A stretch of 64,000 bases of DNA from positions 9,493,979 to 9,557,978 of the forward strand of contig CAJINV010000003.1 of the NCBI GenBank assembly GCA_905178155.1, in the 5' to 3' direction. Of the stretch, positions 47,401 to 58,441 are shown piece after piece. The stretch comes from Amoebophrya sp. A120 (taxonomy: Eukaryota > Protista > Dinoflagellata). Positions within the stretch are counted from its first letter, which is position 1. Every line of letters starts with the position of its first letter. The position numbers were made by a program, and so were the translations under genes. The notes beneath the pieces are model-generated. The model worked only from the letters and a program-made list of their open reading frames with translations, did no database searches and was not told the DNA's origin.

Positions 47401-50400
47401 GGAAAAAGACGGCGTCCCCATCAAGAAAAGAAATCGCCGCGGACGGCCCAAGGGGCTTACTCACGCACAATGCCCCCACTGGCAGAAGCCCGGTCGGAAG
47501 CCCAAGCAGCCAACTGCTTCGGACCTTGTGCAGCCCCTCCGAGATCAGCCCCAGGGCAATGGCGCAAGAGCAATTCTCGAAAACGAAGTTGCTAGTGCGT
47601 TTGTTGCTTCTCGAGTTTTTGATCAGGAGAAGGACGGCGAAGCAATTTGCTGGACAGTACAAGTCACCAGGGTGGAGGCGTTTACAGGACCAGACGCCGC
47701 CAAATGGCTGGAAGCTGATACGCTAGAGCGTACACAGCTAGAAGCACTCAAGTGCTGGAGGCCGTTACAAGATGGCGAATTCGGTAAGGACGACGAGATC
47801 ATCCCGGCCGTTGTGATTTACACTCGCAAACGGTGCGGAAGATTCAAGGCCCGCCTTGTTGCACTCGGAAACCGCCAGACGAAAGTCATGCGCGCCGAAG
47901 TGTTCTCCCCGACCGTTTCCCATGCCGCGACCCGCACCCTGCTGGTTGATGCCGCCGCTTCGGCTAAGTTCGTTGAACAATTCGACATCTCGAATGCGTT
48001 CATCCGTTCCGCCTTAGACGAATCGGATAGAGTCTTTGTTCGCTTACCCAAACACTGGAGCACGGATCCCCGTGGCGACAAAGTCAGACTTTTGAAATCC
48101 TTATACGGACTCAAAATCGCGCCACGCAAGTGGTATGATACGTATGCCGCGTACCTTCTGGAAGACGGCTGGAAACGCTGCCCCCAGGAACCCGGACTAT
48201 TCAAGAAGAATGGGCTGACGCTGGCCATCTACGTTGATGACTCTCTCATCTCGGGCGAGAATTTCGACGAGGTGCCCGCCGCCTGCGCCCGTATCCTTGG
48301 TAAGTTCGAAGGCAAACTTATCCCCGCAGAGAAAGAAGGCTCTTTCGATGTTCGGGATATCCTTGGCGTTCGTATGCGTTACGATCGACAACGGAAGACC
48401 TTGCGTCTTGATTTGGAGAAAGCCATCAAGAAGCTAGCGGAAAAGTTCAAAATCGACGCTGGAAAGCCACTTTCCACGCCATGCGTTTACACCGACTTTG
48501 ATGAAGGAAAGCCGCTGCCGGATTACCCGCTGCGTAGCCTCATCGGAGGACTGCAGTATATTGCAACCATGGCCCGCCCATATTGCATGTTCGCAGTGAA
48601 CAGGGTCGCACGAGCTCAGGCCAAGCCTACAGCTTCTGTCGTGACAGCGGCAAGGCGCGTAGTCAGGTACCTGCTGCAGACTTCCCATGTCGTTCTAGAG
48701 TACACACCGGAACGGGAGCGGGAATTTCGCAAGCAATATACCGAAGTGCTTGAAGAGCAGAACTCCAAACAGTCTCTCCCGGACTTTGTTGGATTCAGTG
48801 ACGCAGATTTTGCTGGGTGTTCCGTCACCCTCCGCAGCAGCAGTGGAAGCATTCTTTTTTTCAGGGGCATGCCCATCGCTTGGTCTAGCAAGCGCCAGAC
48901 GCTTCGCGCATACTCAACATGCGAGAGCGAGTACATAGCCCTCTTCGACACGTTGAAGCTATCGCAGGCCCAGGGGTATCTGGAGTGGCTCGATGAAAAT
49001 CAGTCTCTGCCCGGTATGCTCTTTGTGGACAACAAATCTGCAATCGAAGTTGCGCGCTCGGAGTTACCAACCAAGAAGACGAAACACTTCTTGCTCCGTT
49101 TTCACGAAGTCAAGGATCACGCCCAAAACATCGCGCACGTACCCACCGGCGCGAATAAGGCTGATCCCTTGACCAAACCAATGGGAAGTCCTTTGCTGTG
49201 TTTCCATGCGTGCGCCCACCCATCTATTGACTTAGATGACAGCAAGATAGGTCTGCCGGCTGTCTACGCCGCTCCGATTTTCGAATCGTAGTCCATCTTC
49301 CGCGTGTCACACTCGAAGGCTACACATGCCTGCGGAATTGTGTAGGATTCTAGTGCCCGTCTGATTTTCCTTCATCCGCGCCCGAAACTTCCACAAGTTT
49401 CGGAGGGGGGGAGGTTTTTCATCAGTTTCGTGGTTCTTCTTTGTGCCGTAGCCATGAGAGATTGCCTGTCGGTCTCGTCGTGTTGAGCCAAAGACGCTAG
49501 ATTTATGCTTGCATTTGGAGCGAACCATCATCGTAGCATCGGGATTCAGTGGATTTGTGCATCACAGTGTCTGTTTCTAGGATTTTGCAATACCTATTTT
49601 CTATACTTCTGTGACTATCCACTACACCAATATCGTTCCATCCTGTCACTAGGGGGAATGTAGGCATGTGAATAGTCATGAGGGGGAATGTAGGCATGCA
49701 GATCGAGTCACCATGTAGAGCTCATGACACGCTGCAAACACGATGCAAATCCCACCTGAAATCCACGATCTGAAATCACATCCAAGAGCGAAGAGCGATG
49801 CAAATCGAGAGAATGATGTGATGATGATGATGATGAACTTGTTCCTTTCCCAATGCAACAGTTACGTGGATACTAGTGCAGTAGCCTGCTCACCGGGCTA
49901 CATGGTGTATTAGTGTTCTAACAAGAAACAAAATTCAGGTGCACAGAAATAAAAGGCACCAAAAGGCATCGCGTCCACGCCTTTCACTCCGGATCGATCA
50001 TGGTCAGCAGCCCCAGCCAGCGATGTATTTCACTGCGCGGAGCGGCTGGATCTGTGGATGCAGGGAATAGACGCTTAGGAGGCGTCTTTGTCTATCTCTC
50101 GGTCTTTCACGTTGAAATTTTCCGCGCCCCCGCATGTCCGAATGGAAGGCACGTGCCTTGCAGTAAAAGCGGGGCGTACATAGAAACAATTGCAAACCCG
50201 GGCGAGGGGGGTGGCGGAGTGGCGGGAAGCGAAGGACCGCCCGCTCGATTCGGAGGCACACAGAACCACGAGCGCGAACGGATTGGCCTTTGGTACGCGC
50301 ATGGGATCGTTACAAAACAACAAGCAAATGATCCGGGCAGGGAGGGCGGCGAGGTCCCCTGTCGATTCGCAATGGCGCAAAGGCGGGGCCCCCCGGCGCA

Positions 50401-52585
50401 TTCTGCCAACAGCTCTAGTATCACCGTGCTAATACTGAGTAAGCCGACCTCCACCCCTTCACCGCGCTACTGAGTAAATGATGAGGACCTACACCCATGG
50501 AAGCTCAAGGCTTTTGTTTTCTATTTTTCGCGAACCTTGGGCGGACTAGGATGTTGAGGAAGCCAGCAAGAATGCTCGCTGGAACAAAGTGACCCACATA
50601 GACAGCTTTGGCAGAAGTGGCGCATAAGGGATAAATGCCCTCCTGAACTTGCTTCTTGCTGCTGGTGATGGTCATCTGGAGTGCATCTGTTTCACTTTCG
50701 GACGCGGGAGGGGCAGCGCAGTCAGGGCCAACGCCAACCTCGGCCGCCAGAATCTCTGGCAGTCCATCACAAGCGGCTTCGACGCCACGTTTTGGCTCGT
50801 TCGTAGCTATTGCGTCATTCGTTACGTTGACACGCGGGCGCGGCACCGCGGCGCCGGGATTTTGTCGGTTCTTCGACTCCTTCTGGTGGCTTTGCGCTTG
50901 AGCATCGCTCGAGCGAGTGCGGTCGGCAGCAGTTTTTGCTTGCTCTGAAGGGGGACTGCGGATCGTGCACCCTGTGGCTGAAGTTCGTGAAGTCGTACTG
51001 GACACGGAACCTCGACTCGTACGTCGAGAACTCTGCGCTGAGTTTTGCAGTGATCGCGGTCCTCTTGACCGTTGTAGCAGCGATGATCCGCTGGTGGGCC
51101 GGCCGGGCAGCCGGTCTTCAGGAACTGTGTTAAGCATATCCATTCCACCAGGCGGAAGCGCACAACTACCACCACTCGAGTTCATGCTGTTCGACCAGTG
51201 CTGCAAGGGCACTGCCACAACAGGGTGGCAATTTATTGCTATCGTGGAGCTGAAAGCAAACACGTGCTGCGGGGGAACGACACGCCTTGCAAAGACCGTC
51301 CCCGGAGCCGCAGCCTGGCCTGGTGCCGTGGTCGTGCCCACTGTGGGCGTCAACATCCTGCAATTGCCCGGCCTCGTGGGTTTCGGAGGTTGGTGTTCCA
51401 ATTCCCACGTCTGCGTCGATGATAGTTCCAACTTGTCGCCCAATTCAATATTGTGCCGGTAGTGATCCTCCACCGGGCTGATATCTCTAGATGCGACGCT
51501 GTGCTTTTCGTCAGATTCGCAGACGGTCGGTCGCAGCAGTCCGCCACAACCTCGGTCCACGTCCAGACCCAATGACTTCGTCATAAATCCTCGGCGATGA
51601 TGCTTGGCAGCCTTGATCAGGGTGGAATGGCCTGTAGGCGGGTCGTGAAAAGCATTTTCGTCCGCGTCTCGCGTATCCGCCAATCGGATGCCGGCGTGCG
51701 CGCACGCGAGCTGCGCTTCAAGGAGCCTGCGCTTCGCATCTAAGACAAAGGGAAACTGGTCTAGGCTGACCCGGCGTCTCAGCGCTGCTTTCAGCGCGCG
51801 GAGGAGCAGCTTGCGCGACAGTACACGTATGTCACAGATTCCTTCTGTCATGAACGTTCCGATACTTCGCACACCCAACAGGCCTATCCAGTGCAAAAAT
51901 GCCGGGGTCTCTCTGGAGAGTTACAAGGCTGCTCCTTAGGTTTTGCATAGAGCTGTGTCGTCGCAAGTTTTGAGCAGATTCCGCTTCCACAAACACAATG
52001 CCTACCCTCCATGAGAAACGCCATCTCGTCTGGGCGCCCCAAAGTGGGTGCCTTTTGCTGGTCAAGCAATGCCGATCCTAGTGTCGCCGCGACGCAGCAT
52101 GACAAGCGCGGACTTTTCCAGACCCATACGCAGACAACATATTTGCAATGCATAAGGCACGCAACCTCACCGAATACTTCTCCAGCGCATAGAGTTCGCA
52201 CGATGTAAGATGATGACCGAAATGATCGCGGTGCCAAAGCACTGCCGCGGTCCATTCCTCGAGGCCCCACGAGATGCACGTCGTCTCTGGTTCCGCTGGC
52301 CTTGTTGTCATGCCACTGCGACCTCGTAGTCGTAGAGATGGCGCGAGACGACCACTCCTCCTCATTGCAACAGCCCCGCAATACCCAGCGAACTTGCCCC
52401 CTGCGGAGAAAGTAAACATCACTCGGCGGCTCGCCGTCTTTGATTAACACCGTCTGGGGCGGCAATATTCTTGTCGCAACTTCGTCACGTAGTTGATTCA
52501 GAAAGACGGGATCACAGGCCGCAAAGCTCCGAAAGTGTTCAAAGATATCGCCGAGGCAACGCTGGGCATTTCTTGGGTTAGTCAT
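38441..52585 (-). CDS. Protein with an N-terminal cyclic nucleotide-binding domain and a long low-complexity C-terminus, multi-exon
   Basis: FAACDPVFLNQL..ILPPQTVLIKDGEPPSDVYFLRRGQV, IVRTLCAGEVFGEVACL and CDIRVLSRK are CNBD beta-roll hallmarks. Further open exons at about 51869-50600, 43679-43190 and about 42725-41560, possibly also about 39205-38970 and about 38500-38441. The 3' end is uncertain. Confidence 0.65.
38539..38834. mobile_element. Small inverted-repeat (MITE-like) element
   Basis: Arms of about 55-60 bp (38539-38593 and 38774-38834) with a perfect 20-bp core, AAATTTGTGATGCTGATTTG (38564-38583), inverted at 38784-38803. Confidence 0.7.
43689..43923 (+). repeat. 5' LTR
   Basis: TGTAGGCATG...GTTCTAACA; differs from the 3' LTR by 5 transitions in 235 bp. 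Confidence 0.98.
44060..49291 (+). CDS. Copia Gag-Pol polyprotein, uninterrupted ORF
   Basis: First ATG at 44060. Zinc knuckle CQFCRHKGHDVTQC; protease IADSGATHHM; integrase HQRLGH..CPDC with D (ETD), D (RCDSE) and E (VERW); RT FDISNAF, LLKSLYGLK and IYVDD; RNase H FSDADFAG, ESEYIA, VDNKSA and ADPLTK. Confidence 0.97.
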   Translation: MATGSEKDTPPKMATKLEAAEDWPRWSFDLFRILEGYPRNPPPTSTAVGASSSSSAPPSGAGAAWKDWAELYADYRKEIAKGTDIPTALAKVEAAPSWNSWTAKPLAAMISQSCGPDPHQILRAITGPQPTHLLRMVWALENKHASQKMATRFAAVVELIRMRMNPGELADEYANRVRAVFREKLGGKILLPEFLAGCILSGLPDTFAPTVATLMANEVTDADRITTTLREFQRVAGETKTEDSKANSAKVVALEKSQEKLRKELASVKAIANKGQGKTQKPEDTQKAKRCQFCRHKGHDVTQCRKKETTASNTKKANTNSAAAVVVHTAEKKTATAPVQLPELNGITNGVTVGKKKNTPWGLSGSLPMFVREHEHRMATDENYARKAIELPYTLAGEAAERVRKFYETRQPQQNKNSVNQEYCERSPLCVRSPHLKTVNLYLASVLLALLLSVVWFFVFVCFTFLNCPTLVIGSPIYRFTSCLAKAAMQIWNLFGPCPPKILKKFGISLPRNSFKKLNSRRLLRLPSYAAGCAAYTSLPNVLNSSRHARAHFVQQPKAKDGLRVLKVIADSGATHHMSPHESMSESFTGETASLTTADGECSEPAKIGILKPNNLGARVALYHPALQVCLLSVETMAQDGGSYYHAKEERWIQDASGYRHTVKIRQKLPRVGFYLLEGEALAHVIGNQNSCSALRLHQRLGHLGVQGIKVHCPDCAASKSYGSQQRRKVRPATYLHKEWMDQVETDFFSGGLPASMDGNTICITLRDSATDWLEPWGIADKAQCGKVLRDFATQVGVPKVARCDSEPVLKGMEGPWKEACREITCVAGHSVPREPQGSGNVERWHRTLGDGLRANLQGVDPRLWDWCARYIAYVKNRAQRKTKLPAPFYKRFGRLADVKHLRRFGCVAYVRKHIPSDKAESTKLVDRYEKGVFLGYSRESSSYVVGVFHHDARAKSGQRWTAVESRSVKFDGDTLVPNVNALRKPEKEPSQRQAPNADDSAGAVRSDSDRLRAALEEVEKRWKQTSEGVEEPALKRRKTESPPPAPETAQGGDKENESAGSPTDGDGRGAAPADGPAQEGGNSSPVAPQVAPQVAPPDVSNLIDDDLNPYTLVEKDGVPIKKRNRRGRPKGLTHAQCPHWQKPGRKPKQPTASDLVQPLRDQPQGNGARAILENEVASAFVASRVFDQEKDGEAICWTVQVTRVEAFTGPDAAKWLEADTLERTQLEALKCWRPLQDGEFGKDDEIIPAVVIYTRKRCGRFKARLVALGNRQTKVMRAEVFSPTVSHAATRTLLVDAAASAKFVEQFDISNAFIRSALDESDRVFVRLPKHWSTDPRGDKVRLLKSLYGLKIAPRKWYDTYAAYLLEDGWKRCPQEPGLFKKNGLTLAIYVDDSLISGENFDEVPAACARILGKFEGKLIPAEKEGSFDVRDILGVRMRYDRQRKTLRLDLEKAIKKLAEKFKIDAGKPLSTPCVYTDFDEGKPLPDYPLRSLIGGLQYIATMARPYCMFAVNRVARAQAKPTASVVTAARRVVRYLLQTSHVVLEYTPEREREFRKQYTEVLEEQNSKQSLPDFVGFSDADFAGCSVTLRSSSGSILFFRGMPIAWSSKRQTLRAYSTCESEYIALFDTLKLSQAQGYLEWLDENQSLPGMLFVDNKSAIEVARSELPTKKTKHFLLRFHEVKDHAQNIAHVPTGANKADPLTKPMGSPLLCFHACAHPSIDLDDSKIGLPAVYAAPIFES
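49689..49923 (+). repeat. 3' LTR
   Basis: Direct repeat of 43689-43923, offset by exactly 6000 bp. Confidence 0.98.
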
Positions 52586-55500
52586 AGCAAAGACAATGAA
52601 CTACTTATGGCACATCCGGCGCCCTTGGGTATCGGGCGCACGACATCCCCCCGACGAAAGCAATAATCATCGCCACTCCCAACTTTGTCGCCTGTTTTGA
52701 ACCGGGTCCATGGGGGCACGCAAGGGAAAAAAGGGAAGGACGAACAGCACCAAACCCCCTGCGGCTGCTGCTTGTCTTCAGACACACCGCGCCAAGGTCC
52801 TCGGAAAAATGAAAAGGCTGACAAGATTGCTCGGGAGTCCAAACAAAATAAAAGGCAAACACTTCTACGCTTGACGGGCGGACTCCTGATAAAAATACAG
52901 GAAAGACACTGCCGGGTCTCCGTCTGCAGCCAAGGACACCATGCAAGTTCGGGGGGGTCGCAAGCCGTGCCAACTCAACATAACAAAACCGCACGGCAGT
53001 CAGGTCTGGCACTGGAAAACGACCAAGAAAAAACCCACCAACACAAGATGGGATGGAATCATGCAAAATACGGCCGGGTTGCGAATTACGATTAGCACCG
53101 TCGTCCATTGCTAAACGTAATTCGTGACCAAGCGGCGAACGAGGGTGGGGTAGAGCCACGGGGCTACCGGATGAGACCGGGGCTTCCGGGTGCAGGCACG
53201 GAGACACACCTGCGGGGCGACCGAAAAGAACGCAGCAAAATATAGGGGAAGGGGCTTCGCCGTTGGGTACTTCCTGAAGTGGGGAGGGGCTACAGGCTAA
53301 AAACGTTAAAAGTCAGGGGCTTGGGCGGCTAAGATACTACAGATCTCTATCGGCTAACTATGTGCGTGTTGGCACGCGCGGCCCGTTCTGTTTTTAAATC
53401 TGAACAATGAAAGTGGCCCAAACGCTTACGCAGAGCAGGCGCGGGGGGGTGTACGACATCACTACGCTACTCCATTTGCGCGCATATAGAGGCCTGCGCC
53501 TGTCGCGTTGCATTCACCAAACGGGCGCAGCAGTGGCAAGGCGTCCGAAAGCTCGGACCAGAAAGAAAGCGAAGGACGCGGCTACGGAAAGATGCGAGCT
53601 GTGCCTGTGCCACGCAGACATGAGCATGACCAAAAGCCACCCAGATGCATAACACACTGCGGAAACCCGCAAGGACTCGAATTCTAGCTGTAGATTGCGG
53701 CTAGGGGTGTGCCGTTTGGTACAGTTAAGACGGGCCCCGCGCCTGCCCTTGTGGTTGTGTTCTTGTTCGGTCAAGCGCAACGGGTGGGGGGGGATTGGTA
53801 TGGGTAGGCGGGGAATGGTCCATCGAATTTCTTGGAAAAAAAACATGACCGAGCAGCAGATGATACACAGGGGGCAGAAAGGGCCTCGTGAGGGTGCAGG
53901 TGGGATTCACGAAGTTGATCAAAGATCATCTCTGGCATCATCTAGAAGGACCGGGCCGCAGAAATTAAAACTCAATAGCATGCTTTGTGGTGCACCTGTT
54001 GTTTAAGTTTTGTCAGAGACAATCATGCCTATGCGACCAATCACAGCTCGAGTGACACCACGTTCACACATACGGAGCTATTCTCCCAGCACATCTAAAA
54101 TCCGCTGTTCTCAACTCCCGGGTGGGTAGTTGTTGGAAAAGAACGGGGCAAGTTGACCTCGGGCGAGATCAAAATATCCTGGATTGGGTTTTTCTCTTTT
54201 TTTTGCTTAGTGTGAACGACATACAAGAAAGAGAAATCCAGTGGACCTTGGTTGCCCGGCATCTCCCCCGGGGTCCGCGACGAGATCACCTTTCTCGACC
54301 CCAGACCCACTACTTCTAGTAGTACTACTTCAAATATATAAATATAATAAGGCTCGCTCCTGCCCTTGTTGTCTACTGTTTGTGCTTCTGTAGCATAAAG
54401 TCGCTCTTCTCGGTGTTGTGCTACAACTACTAGCCACGGTCACACTGTCTCCGCCTTTGGGAACCGGCTCTCGAGAGCGTGGTGATGGGTTACCTAAAAA
54501 GTCACTGATCAACTTCAACGGAAGCCATCCTATCATGACCAACTAAGTACACGAAAACAACCAACAACGCGCCACCACTTGTGCACGGCGACACCGCTGT
54601 CGCGGCAACGACTCACGCTCTCAGTTTTTCTGCTCCATGCAGTGGCTGCAGCTCCAGGAAGTGGGACTACACGAACGCCAGCACACGAAACAACGCAAGG
54701 CCCACGAGTTCGCTTGCGCAGTGTCCACAGTCAAGCGAAACACTACGGCGGGCTTGGTGCGCCCGCGTTTTCTCGAAAAGGATATAAGTCAAGCTTGAAA
54801 CTGTTTTGGACTTTAATACGAGGCGACATCATGCATGCAGATACATTTTGATTTTGGACCTGGCCTGATGAAGATGAAAGATCGCGCATCGATCTTTTGA
54901 CGCATTCCTGTCATTTGTTTTGCACCAATTAACTATCCTGTCATTCGTTTTTGGTTTTGTTTTTTGGTTTGGATAAACAAACTCAAGAAGCTCACTGAGG
55001 AGTAGATAAGAGGGCGGCACGCCACCGACTAAGCTACGCCGAAGAAGCCACGGCGGGCTCTCGCGTCGTGCCACTTGGTGGCTTCTAGGGAGCGCGCCCG
55101 TTGTATCGCCCCCCGATCATTTGCCGGAGATCGCTTCTGGTGGCCCCTGTTGAGGGGAACTGCTCCGACCGGCTCGTCTGCTCGATCGCGCGCCAATCCA
55201 TTGTCTTCCACAACATGGAAACCCTTGGCGGAAGTCGCTGCCACATGTGGGAGACCTTCGCGCCGTCATCCTTACCCGCGTTCAGTCACCGCCGCGTCGG
55301 GCCCCCTTTCTTCCCCCTGCCGACCTCGTCCGTCCGGTGTATGTGACACGGAGCGGACTCGGTTCGGTGTCGGCCGTGTCGGAGAAATGGCGGCCCTCGC
55401 CTTCGTTTGGGTTCGCTTTCTCGTTGTAGTAAAAATCGATGCCCCTTCGCACAAAAGGGTCCTGCGTCTTTATACTGCCGAAAAGCGCCCCTGCTGCCCG

Positions 55501-57319
55501 ACGAAGAGACGGACGCAACGCCGCGGCCGCTTCAACAATAGAAAGAAGTGCGGGCCCCAAGGCTATCAGCTATCAGGCGACCCAGTGCCAGGGATCATCT
55601 GCGCGCCACAGGTCCCCGATCGCGTTTGCGTTCGTGCATGCACTGGATCGGCGTCGGCCGCTAGCCGCGTCACAGACAGACCCACACGCGGGCGCGGCTC
55701 GTTTTCTTTTTTCGATGCGGAGGCGCGCGGCCGTCCGTTTGGCGGCCGTCAAGACTGCCACCTCCTCGCCGGCCTACCAGCCTTACTTTGGCACGGAAAA
55801 GGCTGCATCAGGGGAGGCGGCTGGCGCAGCGGTCGTAGGCTTTGCGCGAAAAAAATTTATTTGTCCTGCCCTGCGGTGCCTTCAAAGGGAAAGACACGCC
55901 GGCCATTCGCGCCTTCTCAAAACGAGACAACTTCGCACAAAGGCAACCGCCTGCAACAGCACTTGCCCGGCGTAGGGAAAAAAACACGCGCCAAAAACTG
56001 GGCCGGCAAAGCAATTGGGCGCAAGCCTCCCCGGTGGCCGGAGGAGGAAGTGGGCGCCCTGCCTCTTATGTTCACCTGCCTGCGCGGAGCCCTCCGACCT
56101 GCTGCCCGTCCGTCCTTTCTACGGTTCTGCTTTGGCCCCGCAACCGAGCGCCCTGATCATAGTTGGAGACGGGCCGCGGGCGCTGTCGTGCGCGCTTGCA
56201 TTAAGTCCCCGGCAATAGAGGCCGCGGACGCGTGCCGCGGTGCGGCGCATGAAAGACCTTGGGCCCATTCACCGCATGAGTGTCGCACCCGGGAAAACTG
56301 AAACACTGCGCCCCCCGTGCCAATGCTGGCAGGAGATGGTGAAAGTGGATAACCTAAACCCTGAAGCCTAAGCCAAACCCTTCCGGATCGATCTTTAGCA
56401 GCCGGCGAAGACGGAGGAGCAGTGGCTTGCGGGTCGGAGGAGAGACGGGCGCGGCGGCAGCCATCCCGAGACGGCAGCGGCGGCGGCCTACCTAAACCTA
56501 GGACCTAGGAGAAAAAAACTGCTTGGCGCCAGTTGGGCCCGGGGAACAAGAGGCAAGCAAAAAAGGAGGCCTTAGTGCAAAAACGATCGCCAAAAAGCAA
56601 GGGAGAAGGCATGCGCAAACTGAAGTCCAGGGCGTGCGACCCATTTTCTTCGTATGCTTCAGCAGTGCTGAGAACGCTCCGGCCCTAATCCCCTAGGCGC
56701 CGAAACCCTAGGAGGTCTACGTACGTATGCGCAAAACGGTCGAGAAAGACGAGGAAAAAAATCTCTCGGGGGGGCCGAGAAGTCGCCATGTCGACACACT
56801 CAGGCGGGAACAAATCCGGCTCGGGCGAGGGCGATAAGCAAGGCGATAAGGCGACGGCGAGATGCAAAAATGGTAGCAGCTGAGTAGGTGCTCGCGGCTT
56901 TCCAGGAACTTGCGAAGCCGTTTTTTTTTGCAAGTGGCACCGCCAAGCGTTGCAATTTAAGAAGCCCGCGAAGTGCGTTCTACAATTACGACGAAACTAC
57001 TTTAAGGCCGACCGCTTTGGGTAGGTTTTGTTGCTACGCGGCCACTTGCAACAGCGAGGCCCCTGCGCCTGCAGGCTTTTATGCTTGGCGGCGGCCTTGA
57101 AGAAGCTTGCGGCGGGGCCCTACCTCGACATCTTCTCAACCTCCCGAGGGACTTCCTAGAGGCCCCGCAACAACTTTCCCCGGGGATTCCTGGGCGCCCC
57201 TTAGCTAATTCCTTAGGCGCCTACTTCGGGGCTTCAGCCTGCTGCGGGCAAGGCGCAACAGATACAGCGAACAAAACGCAAAAAGGCAAAGCGCGAAAAG
57301 CAAAGCGGGAAAGCAGAAA

Positions 57320-57990
57320 AAACGCAACCGCTTCGGATGTCGAAGGCGAGGCGGCACCCGGAAAACGCGGCCAAGCGCATATGCGTGGGCCCCCGAAGGC
57401 TCCGCGGGCGGGCGCGGCTTTTGGGCGTTGGTTTGAAAATGCAGCCGGCTGCACTAGCGCGGGGCGCCGAAGGGCCCGCGCCTTTTCCGGATTTGCAAGC
57501 GGGGCCCGCAGCCGGCCAGAATGGACAACAACGAGCCCAGGGGGCCAGGCTGATCCCCAGGCGTGGCGAGTAGTAGCGGCCTCATACATTCGCTTACGCC
57601 CCCGGCCCGTTGCCCTTCTCGTCTGTAGGTATACGCAAGCCAAGGCGGCCCCCGAGGCGGCCTCGAGGCTATTGCCAATGTCCCTTGCATGCGCTGCACA
57701 TGGATGGCCAACCAACAGCGGCGGCCCGCTTTCCCTCTGGCCTGTGCTTTTTCGGGTTTTCGCATGAGACAAAAGAGGGGCGTCTGCCTGCAATTCGACG
57801 AACAAAGTCGGTCCGTTCGCCGCCGAGCGTTCTTCCGCTCTGGACTTCGAAGGCGGGGCGGCACCCGAAAAACGCAGCCAAGCGGCCAAGCGCGGGCCGC
57901 CGAAGGGCCCGCGACCGCGCCTTTCGCATCTAACAGCGCAGCTGGCGGGCTGCGCTAGCGCGGGCCCCCGCCGGGCCGGCGGGGGCTTTT
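57320..57990. repeat. Degenerate direct repeat, period about 500 bp
   Basis: TCGAAGGCGRGGCGGCACCCG..AAAACGC.GCCAAGCG at about 57340 and about 57847, with similar downstream sequence. Confidence 0.7.
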
Positions 57991-58441
57991 CCAAGTTTAA
58001 AACCAAAATAGGAGCCCTTAACTTTTCGAAGCCCTAGAGCCCTGCTGCGACGGCCGCTGGACCGGGATGAAGACCGGGACGTGACGGAAAGAGGAAGGGA
58101 GGCGTGGAGGAAGAGGAGAGATGGCGGTGGAGCGGGGCCCGTAGTAGGACATCGGGGAAACTAGCCAAACTCATTTTCATGCGCACATCGTCCTGTGCAC
58201 ACTTGGAGAAACTCCAAGTTCATTCAAAAAAGCGGAACCGGCCACGGGGGCGGGCCCGACAACAACGAGCCCAGCGGGCCCACTTAGGGCCTGCGCCCGG
58301 GCTCGCGCATCTACACGCAGCGGCTTCGCATCCGCATGCAAGCCCGTGCGCGCTTTTTGCCAGTATATGCAAAAACTGCGAACGCGCGCAACGTGCACGA
58401 ATTACAGCGCAATCGCTTGCCAACTTCTGCTTCTCAGCCTA

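Larger units (their letters stand above)
43689..49923 (+). mobile_element. Full-length Ty1/copia LTR retrotransposon (6235 bp)
   Basis: Two 235-bp TG..CA LTRs, 5-bp TSD AGAAA (43684-43688 and 49924-49928), PPT AGGGGGAA before the 3' LTR, and domain order gag-PR-IN-RT-RH. Confidence 0.98.

Noticed and set aside
54865-54900. Hammerhead-like core CTGATGA..GAAA with a plausible stem III
   Set aside because: Stem II is essentially absent and stem I cannot form.
55075-56301. 408-aa ORF and many similar Arg/Pro/Ala/Gly-rich ORFs across the window
   Set aside because: Expected by chance in high-GC repeat DNA; overlapping ORFs in several frames and no domain signature.
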